The notes below the pieces were generated by a model. That model had not been told where the DNA came from and did not search any database. It saw nothing but the letters and a program-made list of their open reading frames with translations. Shown in pieces: positions 27,545 through 41,189 of a DNA stretch of 64,000 bases. The stretch is from positions 22,136,001 to 22,200,000 of the forward strand of contig NC_058369.1 in the NCBI RefSeq assembly GCF_018350175.1, in the 5' to 3' direction. The translations under genes were made by a program, and so were the position numbers. Source of the stretch: Felis catus (taxonomy: Eukaryota). Every line of letters starts with the position of its first letter. The first letter of the stretch is position 1.

Positions 27545-29313
27545 AAAAAAACAAAGACAAAAGTGGACTCTCTGAAAAGCTTACTAAAATCAATAAATCC
27601 CTAGCAAAGCTAATCAAAACAGAAAAAGCAAATTATAAATTATCAGTATTAGAAATAAAAGAGGGACATCAACACAGACATTAAAACAATAGCAAGAGAA
27701 TAGGGTAAAACATAGGAGAAATGGGCACATTCTTTGAAAAACATAGCTTATCAGAACTGATTTAAAATAAAAAATGAAGGAGCCCTATATTTGCTTTTTA
27801 AATGGAATTCAAAATCACAAACCTTCTCTCTCAAAGATAACTAGAGGACTTGATCCCAAAAGTGAATTTTGTTAAACAACTTACAAAGAAATAATGCTAC
27901 TCCTAGGAAAAACTTTTGTAGATAACTGATTGAGTGAACATTTTCCAAATCATTTTATGAGGCCAGAATAACCTCAGTACCAAAACTAAAGAGACCTAAT
28001 AATAACATCTTTCACTAATAGGACATAAACATTCTCAAATATTAGCGAATTTAATCTAGCAATAGGAAAGGAACAATACTTCAAGACCAAGTGGGGTTTA
28101 TACGAAAAATACAAAGTTGGTTCACTGTTGGAAACAATGTAATTTAACATATGAACCAAATGAAGGAGAAAAATTACATGATAATCTCAGTAAATATAGA
28201 AAATGACACTGACAGTGTTCTATAACCATAATAAAAACTGGGCAAACTGGGAATATATGTTAACTTCCTCAATCTGAAAAAGAAGGTCATCTACAAAAAA
28301 ACTAAAACTAAAACCTCACAAAACTATATCTTTAATGGTGAAAGACTGAATGCTTTTTTCCCTAAGATTAGAAACAAGGTAATCATTCCTCTCTTACTGC
28401 TTTTATTCAACATTGTACTGGAAGTACTGGCTAGTGCATTAAGGCAAGAAAAAGAAAAGGCAGAATGATTAGAAAGCAAAAACTCATTTCTATTCACAAA
28501 GTGACCAAAAACCTGTTAGAATTAATAAGTGAATGTAGCAAGGTCACAGGATACAAGGTCAGTATACAAAAATTAATTTTATTCCTGTATAGAAGCTGCA
28601 AGCATGTGGAAACTGAAATTTGAGAACATATTTATAATAGCATCAACAAATTAGAATACTTAGGAATAAAAATAATGAAAGATATGGAAGATCCATACAC
28701 TGAAGATTACAAAACACTGATTAATAAAATTAAAACTGGTCTAAATAAATGACGATGTCTTATCATTGATTGGAAGACACAATATTGTTAATATGTCCAT
28801 TTTCCTCCAATTTTCTGTGTATTCAATGGCATCTCATTCATAAAAATTAATAGTTTTCTTTTTAGAAACTGACAAGCTGATTCCAAAATTCACATATAAT
28901 TGCAGATTACCAAATAATAACCAAAACAATCTTGACAAAGAACAAAGTTGAAGGACTTACACTGCCTGGTTTTAAGACTTACCAAAATGCAAAGTAAATA
29001 CAGTGTCATTTTGGTATAAAGATAGATATGTAAAATAATTGAATGGAATAGAAAATCCAGAAATATATAGGGTCAATTGGTTTTTTACAAAGGTGCTAAA
29101 TAATGCAGTGGAGAAAAGATGATTTTTTAAGTTAAAAAAAAAAAAAGACACCATGACCCTTAGGTCACACCAGACACAAACACTGACTTGAAATGGACCA
29201 TAGATCTAATTAAACAGCTAAAAATATAAATTTTCAGATGATTTTTTGTCTTAAGAAACAAGAAATTGAGAAAGTTTCCACACACTGGGGGAAATATTTT
29301 CTCTCTGGATGGG

Positions 29314-29335
29314 TAGATAGATAGATAGATAGATA
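29314..29335. repeat. (TAGA)5 microsatellite
   Basis: tagatagatagatagatagata inside the old L1. Confidence 0.9.
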
Positions 29336-30249
29336 ATCTGAAAGAGCTGTAGCTAGAATATGCAAAGAACTCTTAACTGCTACAAATATAACCCAATTAA
29401 AGATTGGCAAAAGACTTGAACAAATACTTTGTAAAAGAATATACAAAAACAGCCAATGTGCATGTAAAGATTTCAATATCATCAGCCACCTGGGAAGTGC
29501 AAGCTAAACTGCAATGAAATACCACTACATATGTAGTTGAATAGCTAAAATAAAAAAGACAATACCAAGTGTTGACAAGAGTATGGAGCATCGTATGTAC
29601 TCATACATTGTTCATAGAAACATAAAATGGTACAACTACTTTGCAAAAGTTTGTCAGTTTCTCATAAAGTTAAAACAAAAACTTAACTGCATTGACCCAG
29701 CTGTCCCATCTGTACAGGTAAAGACCCAAAAGAAATGAAAACCTCTGCCCACAAAATGACTTGTCTGTGAACATTCTTAGAGCTTGGCTCCTAGGAGTTC
29801 CAAACTGGAAAAACCCAACTCAACAGGCAAATACACAAATTATGGTGTAATCAGAAATTGGCATACTATTCAGTGGGACAAAGGAGTGGAAATACTAATA
29901 CGATGTTATTGATGAAGCTCAAAAACATTTTGCTGAGGGAAGAAAGCCAGATGCAAAAGAGAGCATATGGTACGATTCTATTTATATGAAGTTCTAGAAT
30001 AAGCAAAATTAATCCATAATACAGAAATTAGATCACTGGTTTTCTGGAGTAGGAGGAAGGATGGTTGGCTAGGAGTGGGAATGAGATAACTGGGTGGTGG
30101 TATACACGTTCTGTGTCTTGATTGGGGTGTTTGTACAGTAGGTGTTAATGTTAGCTAAACCACAAACTTAAAACACGTGGATTTTTATTCATACCTTGTA
30201 TTTTTATAAAATTGATTTAAAAATACCTTAGAGTAGAATTAAGAGATAC

Positions 30250-31340
30250 TTTGTTTCTGAGGAAGATGCAGTAGCCAGCACCGGATTAACCCTCCTACCT
30301 GAAACAACAACAAAACTAAAAACAGAAAATATGTGAACACTGGACATCAGGCAGCGAAGGACAGGGACTGATCCCTGAGAAACAGGAAGGAAAGTGAATG
30401 AGCACCATGACTGCCCCAACTCACTGGCTTGAAAGAGTTTTGGGACCATGGCATGAGGAGGAGGGACCCAGGTGGAGCCCTGTGATTTCTCGCAGTTGAG
30501 AAGACAAAGCTAAGAGTCTGCAGAAACCACGGTGGCTAGAATATGCAGGACAGAGAATTGGAGAGGAGGACCTGCATAGAATGAGAACCCTGGAGATGAG
30601 CAGAAGGCCCCCCTCCACATGCAGCAGAGTTTACTTTTTAGTACCTGTCTGCCAGGAAACTACCTAAGACTAAAGGAAGAACACTGGATTGGATTACAAA
30701 GGATGATGTTCAGTGCTAACAGGGCCTGGAACACAGCCTGTTCCCACCAGCCAAATTGGAATAACTCATAATTCATGGGACATTGGGCAGAGTACTCAAA
30801 GGATTTGCCCAGTTAGTGAGGAGTAACTAGACCTAGATGGGGAAGGGCTCCAGACTAATCTAGTGAAACAGTAAAGCAAGACATGAAGGATCAGTGTGAT
30901 CCAAGTAACTGTATCTCAGAACAAAGCACTAGAATATTTATAGGAATACAGAATATCTAACACCCAACAAGATAGAACTTACAATGGCTGGTGTTCAATC
31001 AAAGGTTACTAGGCATGCAAAGAAGCAGGAAAACATGACCTATAATAAGATTTAATCAATCAGTTGAAACCAACCCAGAACTCACACAGATGCTAGAATT
31101 AGCAAAAAGAACATTAAAAAGTCATTATAACTGTACTCCGTATGTTCAAAATGTTAAATAGAGACATGGAAGGTACAAAAATGTATAACATTAAAAAAAA
31201 TCAAGATCCTAAGAATAAGTCTAATGAAAGATGTACAACGCCTCTTCTACACAAAACTTTACTGAAGGAAATAAAAGAAGACCTCAATAAATGGAGGGGT
31301 ATATGATCATGGGTGGAAAAGCTCAAATTTATTAAGATGG
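30250..31340 (+). mobile_element. Second old L1M fragment (5' region/ORF1-like remnant and short ORF2 piece)
   Basis: Same layout as 24050-25000 (cctacctgaaacaacaac, caggaaaacatgacc, cagatgctagaattagca), then ataagtctaatgaaagatgtacaa...aaagaagacctcaataaatgga. Confidence 0.6.
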
Positions 31341-34330
31341 CAAAAGACAGGTAGTATTAAGAGAAGTTTCTTTCCTTCATAAAGAGAAGAAAGGAAGAGA
31401 GGATGGGTCAGATGTAAGTTTTGTTTGATGGTGGGAAGCTGGGAATATTCTTGTGTAATTTCTAGTTTCTCTGAAGCAGAAAGCAGGTTCAACTGCTGAT
31501 GGTAAGGGGATAGCTGGTAGAGTTGGATGTTTGAAGAGCATGGAGAAGACTCACATGAGTCATTGCGGGGAACTGAGAGAGAGTGATAGGTTGTGTTGAG
31601 GTCTTATGTGAAGCTGGTGATGAGGGACCTGCATTGATGTCAGCCTGTCCTACCCATCCCTTCTCCAGCTAGGGAAGAAAGAGGCATTCGAGCTCATCTA
31701 GAGAGAGTTTGCTATCTGTATATAGTAAAGAGATGGCAGAAAGTTTAGTTACTGTCAAGAACTTCACCGAATGGATCACTGATGGATCATGAAATCTAAG
31801 TTAGATTAGGAGGAAAGGAGAGGCGTAACAGATGGGGAGAAAATGGAAAGGTCAATGGATTGGGCATTTCAGAGAGGTAAAAAAAAAAAGTGCCTATCAT
31901 GGGAGCAAGGAAGTCAGCTCTTAGGAGAGGAGGTTATGGTCAGAAAGCAGAAAGCAGGAACTTATGATGAAGTTAGGGATGATAAACATTTGAGGTGTGG
32001 CAGGGATTGGGTAGCTGAAGCAGCATGGAGGAGATGGCCTTTGGAGATTAATATGTCAAGGAATTGCAAAGCTAGGGGTTGGCAGGGTCAACCAAGGGCT
32101 ACCGGAGTCCCCCAGGAGGATGGTAGAATGGAGAGGAAGGCTGGCAGCCAGGAGCCAAAGTCTTCAGGAGGTTGGCCAAAGACAACCCTAAGGAAGGGGA
32201 GAAGGCCACGTGCCCACCGGTACTGTCCCTGAAGAGATGGGATTTTTTGTGTAATTGACTTTTACAGCAGAATGAAGAAGTATTGGTCTAAATGTTAAGA
32301 GGAACAGAAAAGCAAGCGACTCCACCTTGAGGAGGGATCTGGAAGGACTGCAAGGGAAGCAAAACAGAAAGCTCAAGGGTGACCCAGGTTTCTATCTAAA
32401 CAAGGAGGACAGTGTCCCTTTGAAAAGGTGGGGGGCATAAGAGCAGGAATTCCAGAGGGCACAGGGAAGGCTTGAAGAGGGAGGGAAGGCCAAGTTAGTG
32501 GCAAGGAGGTTCAGAGGAATGTGGGAACAACTGTGCACTGGGCGATAGGGATAAGGTGTTGGACATGTGCTTCCCTCTTTGGGCAGGCATTTGCTGGTCA
32601 TCAGCAGAGGGAGCAGAGGCTTGGTGGTGAGGTCTCCTGATGGGGGAGGGTTCTCAGTCTGGGGCAATATCAGCCCTTGTGGTTTGGGCTCACCCAGCCT
32701 GAGGTGAGCGCCAGAAGCTTCGGTCTCTCCAGAGAGCAAACGGGGTGCTGGTCATTCCAGCAGTGTGGACAGTCCAGCTGAGGGTCGAGGACTCAGTGCT
32801 GCCCAGCTGCAGTGGCTCCTTGGCCAAGGAGATGACCAGTCACTGTGGTTACTGCTTCCCACAGGTCATCATAGTGGGCAGAGCACAGGTGCATGGACCT
32901 GGCTGTCATCCTGGTTACATGCTTCTTGCAGATGTGATATTCACCAGTGGGCTTCTCTTCTCCATGTTGGGGTTTTCTCACTCCTGAATCTGGATGGCCC
33001 CATCCATCTGTCACTTCTCTTGCAGAGCTGTCCTAAGAGCCAAGGAGAGAAATGGATGGGAAGAGACCTGTAAACTGAACACACCTTCCCAAACACGAGG
33101 TGTGCTCAGCATCAGCCAGATTGCAGCCTCCTTGAAGGAGACTGTTTCTGTGTGTTTGAAAAGCCTTCTTATTTGCACTCCGGACGCCCACTTGCCGGCT
33201 CCTCTCTCCAGGGCGCCGTAGCTTTTCAGGACCCGAGTGGCAATTGAAGTGATAACCTAATTTCTCTAAGTCTGATTATCAGAAGAGTCGGGTTTGGATT
33301 CAGGGATAAAATATTAATCTGTTCAGAACTAGATCATTCCCTTTAAATTCTGCTTTAAAATAAATCTTGGTCTAAGTTAAGTTCTCTGCTTGCACCTTTG
33401 GAGCCTCCAAGCATTTGCAGATTTTTGGCTTCTAAGTCTGGGAGGCTTTTGCTGTATCTGAAGGAGTCTTAATTCAGTGGGTGATGGCACTGTGCCTGCC
33501 AGGAGGTGTGCTGTTCCCAGAGCCTCACCTGACCTTGAATCCTATGCCATTCCTGATGAGCCGGCTTACAGAGACGTAACTGAGGAACTCCAGGGTCCAG
33601 CATGGAGGCCAACTGTATGCTTTTCCTGTCCCGCCATCAGTCATATGCATGTTAGCATCTGCTCTGTACCTAGCAGCGTGCCCTAGGCATATAATGGAGG
33701 GCTGGAACGTCAGAGAGGGCTCTCCCGGGGAAGCCAGGCTCAAGGTGGTCATTTGTAAGGAAAGACATTGAAGGAAGGACATTTGTAAGGATATAAAGAA
33801 AGAAGGGCATGTTCCAGATCCCGGCAAGTGGCGAGGAGAGCAGGGCCTGGTGCACACGTGTGTCCAGAGCTAGGGAGGCTGCCAGGGTGCTCTGTGCTGG
33901 CTCGCGTGCAGTGGGGCAGAAAATGGGTACGGAGCTGGGAAAGCCCAATGGGAGAGGCAGGGTTTTCTCTTTAACTGACGGGAGCTGTTGAGGTGTTTGA
34001 GAACAAGATGATGGAGTGGAGCCAGACCTGAAAGGCAAAGCTGGGGCCCTGCAAGGTGGCATGGAGTGAGGAGAGTCCTGGCTGGGGGGCTCTGACCGTG
34101 AGGTAGGTGTGAGGTGATGGGTGGGTGTGGTGGTGGAGATAAACAGGAAGGGCTTGATCAGAAGGCAGTTGTGGGGCCTCTGAGATGAGAAGGAGAGGTC
34201 TGTGGATTTGGTCGTCAACTCTGGGGTATGGATTGTGGGAGAGGGTTTTTCTTTATTCCTTGTAATTGTTCACTGAGCCACTAAAACAGGTGCCAAGCAC
34301 TGTGGCTAGGTGCTTTATATAGTTTATTTC

Positions 34331-34536
34331 TTTTTTTAATGTTTATTTATTCTGAGAGAGAGAGAGTGAGCATGAGCAGGGGAGGGGATAGAGAGAGGGA
34401 GAGAGAGAATCCCAAGCAGGCTCTGCACTGTTAGCACAGAGCCTGACACAGGGCTCAGACTCATGAACCATGAGATTATGACCTAAGCTGAAATCAAAAG
34501 CTGGACACTCAACTGACTGAGCCGCCCAGGCACCCG
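34331..34536 (-). mobile_element. CAN-SINE inserted into a MIR
   Basis: TSD tatatagtt[t/a]atttc at 34316-34330 and 34537-34551; MIR sequence on both sides (about 34280-34720). Confidence 0.9.
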
Positions 34537-37500
34537 TATATAGTTAATTTCATTTAATCTTCTCTAGTACTTTAGTGACGTGCTCTTGCTTCGGGTTTAC
34601 AGATGAAGAAAGCAGGGCTCAGAGAGGTCTTACCTTTCTGAAAGTCACACAGCTAGTAAGTAAGGGATTCCTGGTAAGCCAGGAATTAAGTCTCAAGCTT
34701 CTTGTCTCCAGAGCCCCAGCTGCTTTTCTCATCAGGTGGACCCTCTTTCTGTGCCAGGTGAGGAGGCACCGTGGGACCCTGTCTACCCAGGCTGGGTCTG
34801 TGCTGATATTTCCTGAGTGGCTGTATTCTTTATGTTCCGTCAGCATCTTTCTCCCCCCAGATTTATCACCCGAAGCAAAGTGGAAGAGTGGAAGACAGAG
34901 GCTTCAGAGACATTGGTTTCTTTTTCTTCTTAAAAGTGCTCGTGAACAAGTCTCATTGTAGCTCAAGTGGTCCTTTTGGATCCTTTACTGGGGATGGATC
35001 TCTCTGAATCCCCAAGTGTCCCTTGTAATATGCTGCTCATTCCCTTGCTCTCAACTAAGTGTGATGGTCCACAGAGGGCGCCTCCCGCCCATGCCGCCCT
35101 CCAGCAAGGAACCCCTCCTGGGAGGGAGAGGCTCGCTCTCCTTTGTGTGCTGCTCACCAGCCGGTTTGCCTTGGAGGTGGCCATGGGTGGGATGGGGCAG
35201 AAATTCCCACAGGCATTGCTTTGAGGACATCCCAACAGATGGGTTTGGTTCCAGCTTCTTCTCTGGGCCAGCGTTGCCTACCTGTGGTCAGACCCCACTG
35301 GCAGCAGGCGGGAACACAACGGCACTTCAGGCGGTAAAGCCAGGCCCGTAACACAGCAAACTGTGTTGGTGCCTAAGTAGGACATGCCCTGGGGTCGCTG
35401 CTACCTGCAAACGTGTTTATGTTTTAATGGTTCTGCCACCCTCCTGAGTCAGACTTCAGGAACACATTTTCCTTATTTTTCTTTAAAAACTGGAATCTGA
35501 CAAGTCTAGCAAGAAGTTTCTCAAGTGACTTGTTAAGTGGCAGTATTTGAAGCCTGTCATGGAAGATAGGACGTCGGCTTGGCTCATCTGATTGGGAATG
35601 ATGTATTTCATTCAGAGAAAGTGATAAGAGACGAGAGAACCCATGTTTTTGAAGAATGCCTCTTAAAACACGTTTTCTGCAAAACAGATTGAAACAAGAA
35701 ATCTGTAACTTTCAGCATGCAACCTGCATGGGAAATTTTCTGCCGGAAGCACTAGAATGTCTTTGGTAGCCATGGAAACTAACTCTTCAAAGAGAAAGCA
35801 GTTCTTCTGTCCTCCAACAAGGAGATGCAGTGAAAAAAAGAAAGTGTATTTCATTCTAAGATGCCAGATACACTTTATTTCCCTGGAGGACTTTTTAAGA
35901 CTTTACAGGACTCTGACTGTCTTCATTTCTATTTGTTTTTTAACGGGTACAATTTTAGGTGATAGAATGTTACATGGGCATTTGTGATCAGATACATCCA
36001 ATGCAGAGCCCACAATCCATGTCTTTGACATGATGGTTGTTAATGTAAGACCTGAGTCTATAAAACTGTTTATTAAAATTTAGCCTCTTCATACTGAGCA
36101 GTGGCCAACGATTTTGACAAGGAATTGATATACAAGGATAAGAAAGACACGGCCCCTCCTTCACAGAGCTTATGGTCTAATGTGTAAAAGAAAATATTAA
36201 CTAATAACTGCAGTGCTGTGAAATAAATTCTATACAAGTGAGCCTCTTATCCAGGAGACTCTAAGGACGTAAGAGAAATGTCCTTCCAGGCTGATCCAGC
36301 GAGTGGGTGAGCATCGGGAAGAGCAGTCAAGGTTAACATAGGGAACAGCACACACACAGCTGTAAGATCTCTGTGCCTCGGAGGAAAGGAGTGAATTTCA
36401 GGATGGCTGGAGCACAGAGTTTAAGGAACAGAGTTTAGAGAGGGCCAGGAGAGAGAAAAAGCCAGACAGATCATGCATTAGTTCATTCCCTCCCTGTCCC
36501 TGTCCCTTGTTCAGTGCCATATGTACCCAGTCCCCAAGGTTTGGTATGTGTAGGTCTGCTCAGCTGCTCTTCACAGCAGATAACCTTGTCATTAAAAGCT
36601 AAGGGGAAAAAAAAGTTAGGAAACCCCTGCTTTGAAAATGGTTCATCTTCTCAAATGATGGACATTTTCTATTTAAAGCATTTTCGTAGACTTTTATGTC
36701 AATAAAAGCAATCAAGAACATGAAAAGGGGAGCATTGGTTTGAGGGAAAATCTCTTAAGACACCCAAACCTTTGTGAACAGAAAAATTAGGAGGCACTGA
36801 CACTCTTTACAGAGAGTCACCGTGGGGATTATTTTCAGGAACGAGTTCCCAAAGAATGGTCATAATGTGGTTTGATGGAAAAGTGATTGTTAAAATACTT
36901 TCCTCCAACATATTCTCTGTGTAAACAAAATTCCTCCATTTTCTCTTGTCCCTCTTATCAGCCTGTGGGTCCCCCGCTTCTTGGAGGCCTATGCCTCACT
37001 TGCCATTGAAGGACACGGTTGCAGGTTACATTCCCCCTGCCCCCGCCTTGCCCTGTGACCTCTGCAAAGGAACAGGTCTTAAGGATGGCATCCCAAAGCC
37101 CACCTCTGGCATTCTGGCCACTCCTCTCATGCAAAGAGAGCCTCCTTGGGCTAATGCCGGGCCTTTTGTGGTTGAGGGAAACTGGAACAAAGCCAAGGAT
37201 TTTGATGAACTTTGAGCTGGAACCCCTGCCGCTCATTTAAATTTTTGTTATGGTGAGGCTCCATAGCTTAGGGGTTAGAGCGCTAGTCTTGTAAATTTTT
37301 TTATGGTGAAACACCACACATTGTTGATTCTTTTTTTTTACATAACACCTGAATTCCTCGAACAGAAACTAAATTTACATGCTTTCCAAAGAATTAGATT
37401 TAAACATAAAAATATTTTTTGAACCAAACTACTTTTTCATTCTGTTCCATTTCCTTTATGTCTATGTAGGGGAAATGATTTAGGTCTAAGGAAGACTGGC

Positions 37501-38493
37501 CTCCACTGATAAAAACTTGGTTGCTTCTTCAGCTCCCCCCTACTCTGCCTTTTTAAGAATGCTGCTTGTGCGTATGTGTGAATTTCCGAGTCCTTTCTTT
37601 TCACTGGAAATCTGAGTCCCAGTGGCTCTGTTGGCTTTGCTCACCAGAGGTTTTTACACTAGTTTGTGCTGGTTCTCTCTCTGTGCACAAATTTCAAAGT
37701 GTCTAAATTTTATTTGTGTTGGTCTGGTTAAACAAATAGCGTTACAACCCAAGAAAAAACCCTATCTCTAAATCAACATGATTTCCAGTGGCCCATTTAT
37801 TTTATGGGGCATTTGAGAAATAACAAATTCCAGAACAAATTGTGCAGTGGCTGTCACGTGTGACCTGAGCTGCCATACGAGTGCAATGGCTTGCTTCAGG
37901 CTAAGTGCTGTCTCCCCAGTGGTGTTGACTGAGCCAGGGCTCCCAGAGCGCAGGTTGTCAGGGCCTGTAAATCCTGGCAATGTCAGGGTTTGGGAGCTCT
38001 CTGCAGTGTGGGGCATGTGCATAGGGACTCTTGGGGTGGGGGTGACTGGCTGGCAGATTGTCTCCCTGAGCAGAGAAGGACAACATGTGGGGGGAAGTGT
38101 ATTATCATCTTTGCTAAGCCTGAGTTGGGGCTCTGGAGGAAAATCAGAATGCCGGGGGTAAGTGGTGCATTCTGTCTTGACCCACCTCTCCTGATCCTAA
38201 CCAATGAGTGTCCAGTCTACACAACTCCTATGCCAGGAGGCAGTGGGATCAGGATGCCTGTAGAAAGAGCACTTACTTTGGAGCCTGGTTATCCTGTTTA
38301 CTGAGCGTATGATCCAGGGGCAGTAATGCTACCTTGTTGAACTGCAACTTTGGCTTTTGTGAGTTGGGAGTGGTAATCCTTGTCCCACACCGAGGTAGTG
38401 AGGAGCCCATGGGACAGCATGTAAAGACACTTTAAAGACCCCAAATAGAAATCCAAATACACAAGAGGTTTGTTTCTGTTATTACTACAAAGG

Positions 38494-38545
38494 GGCCATG
38501 ACCCAAACAGGCCATGACCCAAACAAAGGGGCCATGACCCAAACA
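38494..38545. repeat. Three copies of a 16-bp unit
   Basis: ggccatgacccaaaca at 38494, 38510 and 38530. Confidence 0.9.
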
Positions 38546-40126
38546 GACCCTAAAGGAAACTGAGGCAGCACCCCCAGCTGTGCGGGCTCAGATTGTTGGT
38601 TGACAGGTGGGACCCTGGGCCGGTGCAGTTACAGGTACAGGACCATGGATTCGAGTTGTGCCTGTCTCAGAGCCTTCTACTTGTTCTTTTCCTTCTCTTT
38701 CCCACCTGCAGGGCTTTGCTGGAGCCCCATGTGAGTGTCCCGGGGGGTGTGGCTGCACCATCACTCTGCAGCCAGAACCCCACTCACCCCTTGATCTGAC
38801 TCCCTCAGCCCTCAGGCCTCTTGGTAATGATGCCAACAGACTTCTTGGCCGCCAGGACTAAGAGCACCAGGCTGCTGCCATGGGAGGAGAGCAGAAAATG
38901 AGGAAGGGGTCACTTCTCAGCAGTGAGGGGTCCTGCTTTCCCTTTGAGCCACAGAGGAGGCCAGGAGGGTCTAGCCTCAGCCATGGTTGGACACAGTACG
39001 GGGCGGTGTGTTGCAAGTGCTGGCCTGGGTGAGAAGAGGGGTTGTCGTGTGGGGTTGGGGAAACACAGCAGCAGGATCTGTACCACACCTGGGGACTCCA
39101 GCTTTCCTGCTTTGGTGATGGTCCTCGACCAAAGTCTCCATCTCCATACACCCCCTCCAGAAGTTGCTGCTTTCCGTGCTGCACATTTCGTCTTTGGTGC
39201 ACTTCGACTCTTAGAGGTTTCTGCCTTATATTGCACTGAAATCACTTTTCTTCCACTTCGACCCACTCCCTGGAGCACACAGGGGGCCTGCTTCCTCTAT
39301 TCCATGGCAGCCGTCTGGAGATCGAGGACCAGGAATGGGGCTCTTCTGTGGTGTCTCATCTCTATCTACCTTCCTGTTCATCTTTCCTCTGCCCCCTGGC
39401 CACCTGCCTACCTGCCTTTGTTTCCTGAACGCATGGGCGTGGAATGTTCCCATGGCAGGAAGTGGGGGCATCACCTGGCCCTGGAGGAAGGTTCATGTTA
39501 GCAAAGAAGATGACACTGGGTGGGGCAGACCCAGGGGACCAGCATGAGGGAGGAGAGGTAAAGATGACCACAGTGTGGGGATGGCTGGGGGTTAGCAATG
39601 ACAGCCCTCACAGGTGCTTTTCCAAATAGTCCATGAAAGTTGGGAATTTTATCAGAACATGTTACTTTTGATTCACATTGTTATTGCTGTCGAACCTACC
39701 CCATTACTCAGTGTTTACTGATTACCTCTGGCCTCAGCACCATTTTCTTATTTTGATCTCATCTTTACATAGAACTCCTATAAAACAAAGCTGATAAGGA
39801 CTCTTCTCCTATCAGATTTCTGTTGGTTCCCCATTGCTTTCAGGAAGGTAATCCTAATCCTCCCAAAATAGTTTGAGATTTAAGCCCCCCTCCCACACTG
39901 ACCCAAAGCTGTTTCTTTGTCCTTATCCATTCATACTGCTACCCTCTTCTTTCTCTGCCTCCCATGTGGCCCACATGGAGGTCCTTGGAAGGGCCGATTC
40001 AGGAGCTAGGTGGGCTTGTCTGACCAACCTGAGCCTCTGTTACCTCGGTTTCTGTGTAATGAGGGTAATAACAGCCCCACCATCACCACTGACCATCTGC
40101 CATGAGGATGGGCTTAAGGCATTGGC

Positions 40127-40222
40127 CTGGGCTCTGTCAGGGATACCTCGCTGAGGAGGCCGGCTGGGATTGGACTGGGCTCTGTCAGGGATACCTCGCT
40201 GAGGAGGCCGGCTGGGATTGGA
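40127..40222. repeat. Perfect 48-bp tandem duplication
   Basis: ctgggctctgtcagggatacctcgctgaggaggccggctgggattgga at 40127-40174 and 40175-40222. Confidence 0.97.
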
Positions 40223-41189
40223 CACACACACACCTCCGTGTCTTGGTGTTCACTGAATAGAGTGCTCTGATGATTCAGAGGGCAGAACTCTTTGAATGGG
40301 TAGCCAGGTAAATCTGGGTCTTGATAGGTAAGCTGGAATTCAAAGATGGGAAAAGGCTTCTTAGGTGGATGGAGTTCTGTGGATAGAGGCTCAGAGAGTT
40401 AAGGAATTGAGAAGAATGTAGGCAAAATACAGAGGTATGTTTATAAGGTGAGGAAATGGAGCTGAAATAGTCTATGGGAAAAGGCTGAAAGGCACCAAGT
40501 GCCAGGCTAAGGCACTTGACCTTGGAGTGTTGAGGGCAGTGTTGAGGAACCCTGAGGCTTCCTGAGCAGGACACCATCAGGATGAAGCCAGGGTCTGCAG
40601 TGGCATCCTGAAGTCAAGGGGAAGGTGAACCCCCAGGATAACGCTCTGACTACAACTCGTTCCAGCTGCCTTGGTCAGTGAGGTGTGTGTAGACTGGCCA
40701 GCATAAGATGCTTGGTGGTCATGATGTCCAGCTGGCAGGGAGATTCCTCACCGAGAAATTGCTCCTTACGAAGGACATAGACCTGGAGGGAAGATTCTCC
40801 AGCAGCGTGGAGACAGAAATTCCACCCCATGAGGCCTGTAAATGGGAAGGGAAAATGACAGGCTGATGGTGAAAGCTGCTGCAGATGGTATGTCTGGGCG
40901 TGGACACACTCATTTCATGCTTCTGGGAGATTCCAGGAATCATGGGCTTTCTATCCTGATGCATTCTGGCCTCTTCAGGAGTAGGGCTCATTTCATATGC
41001 TTTGTACCTGCATGACTACTGGAAGGGGGACATCATGAAAGAGACAGAGATGCGGAATGGAAAACATAAGAAATGTACAACATTGTCCATTCCCGAAGGA
41101 TCCTACAATCTAGCTGGTGAGCGGAAATGAAAATATAACATAAATTTGCATTTGGTTACTATGGTTACATTTTCCCAAACACTTGAAAA

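Larger units (their letters stand above)
24050..30225 (+). mobile_element. Degenerate near-full-length ancient LINE-1 (L1M-type; 5' region, ORF1/ORF2 remnants, 3' UTR), sense to the gene
   Basis: About 6 kb A-rich tract with decayed ORF2 motifs in order: tcattttatgaggccag (SFYEA), gaccaagtggggtttata (DQVGFI), aatggtgaaagactgaatgctttt, ttcaacattgtactggaagt and aaatggtacaactactttg. No long ORF; boundaries approximate. Confidence 0.85.

Noticed and set aside
38494..40222. Short direct repeats as a possible CRISPR-like array
   Set aside because: Only 2-3 adjacent copies, no unique spacers of regular length, no cas genes, and a mammalian context.
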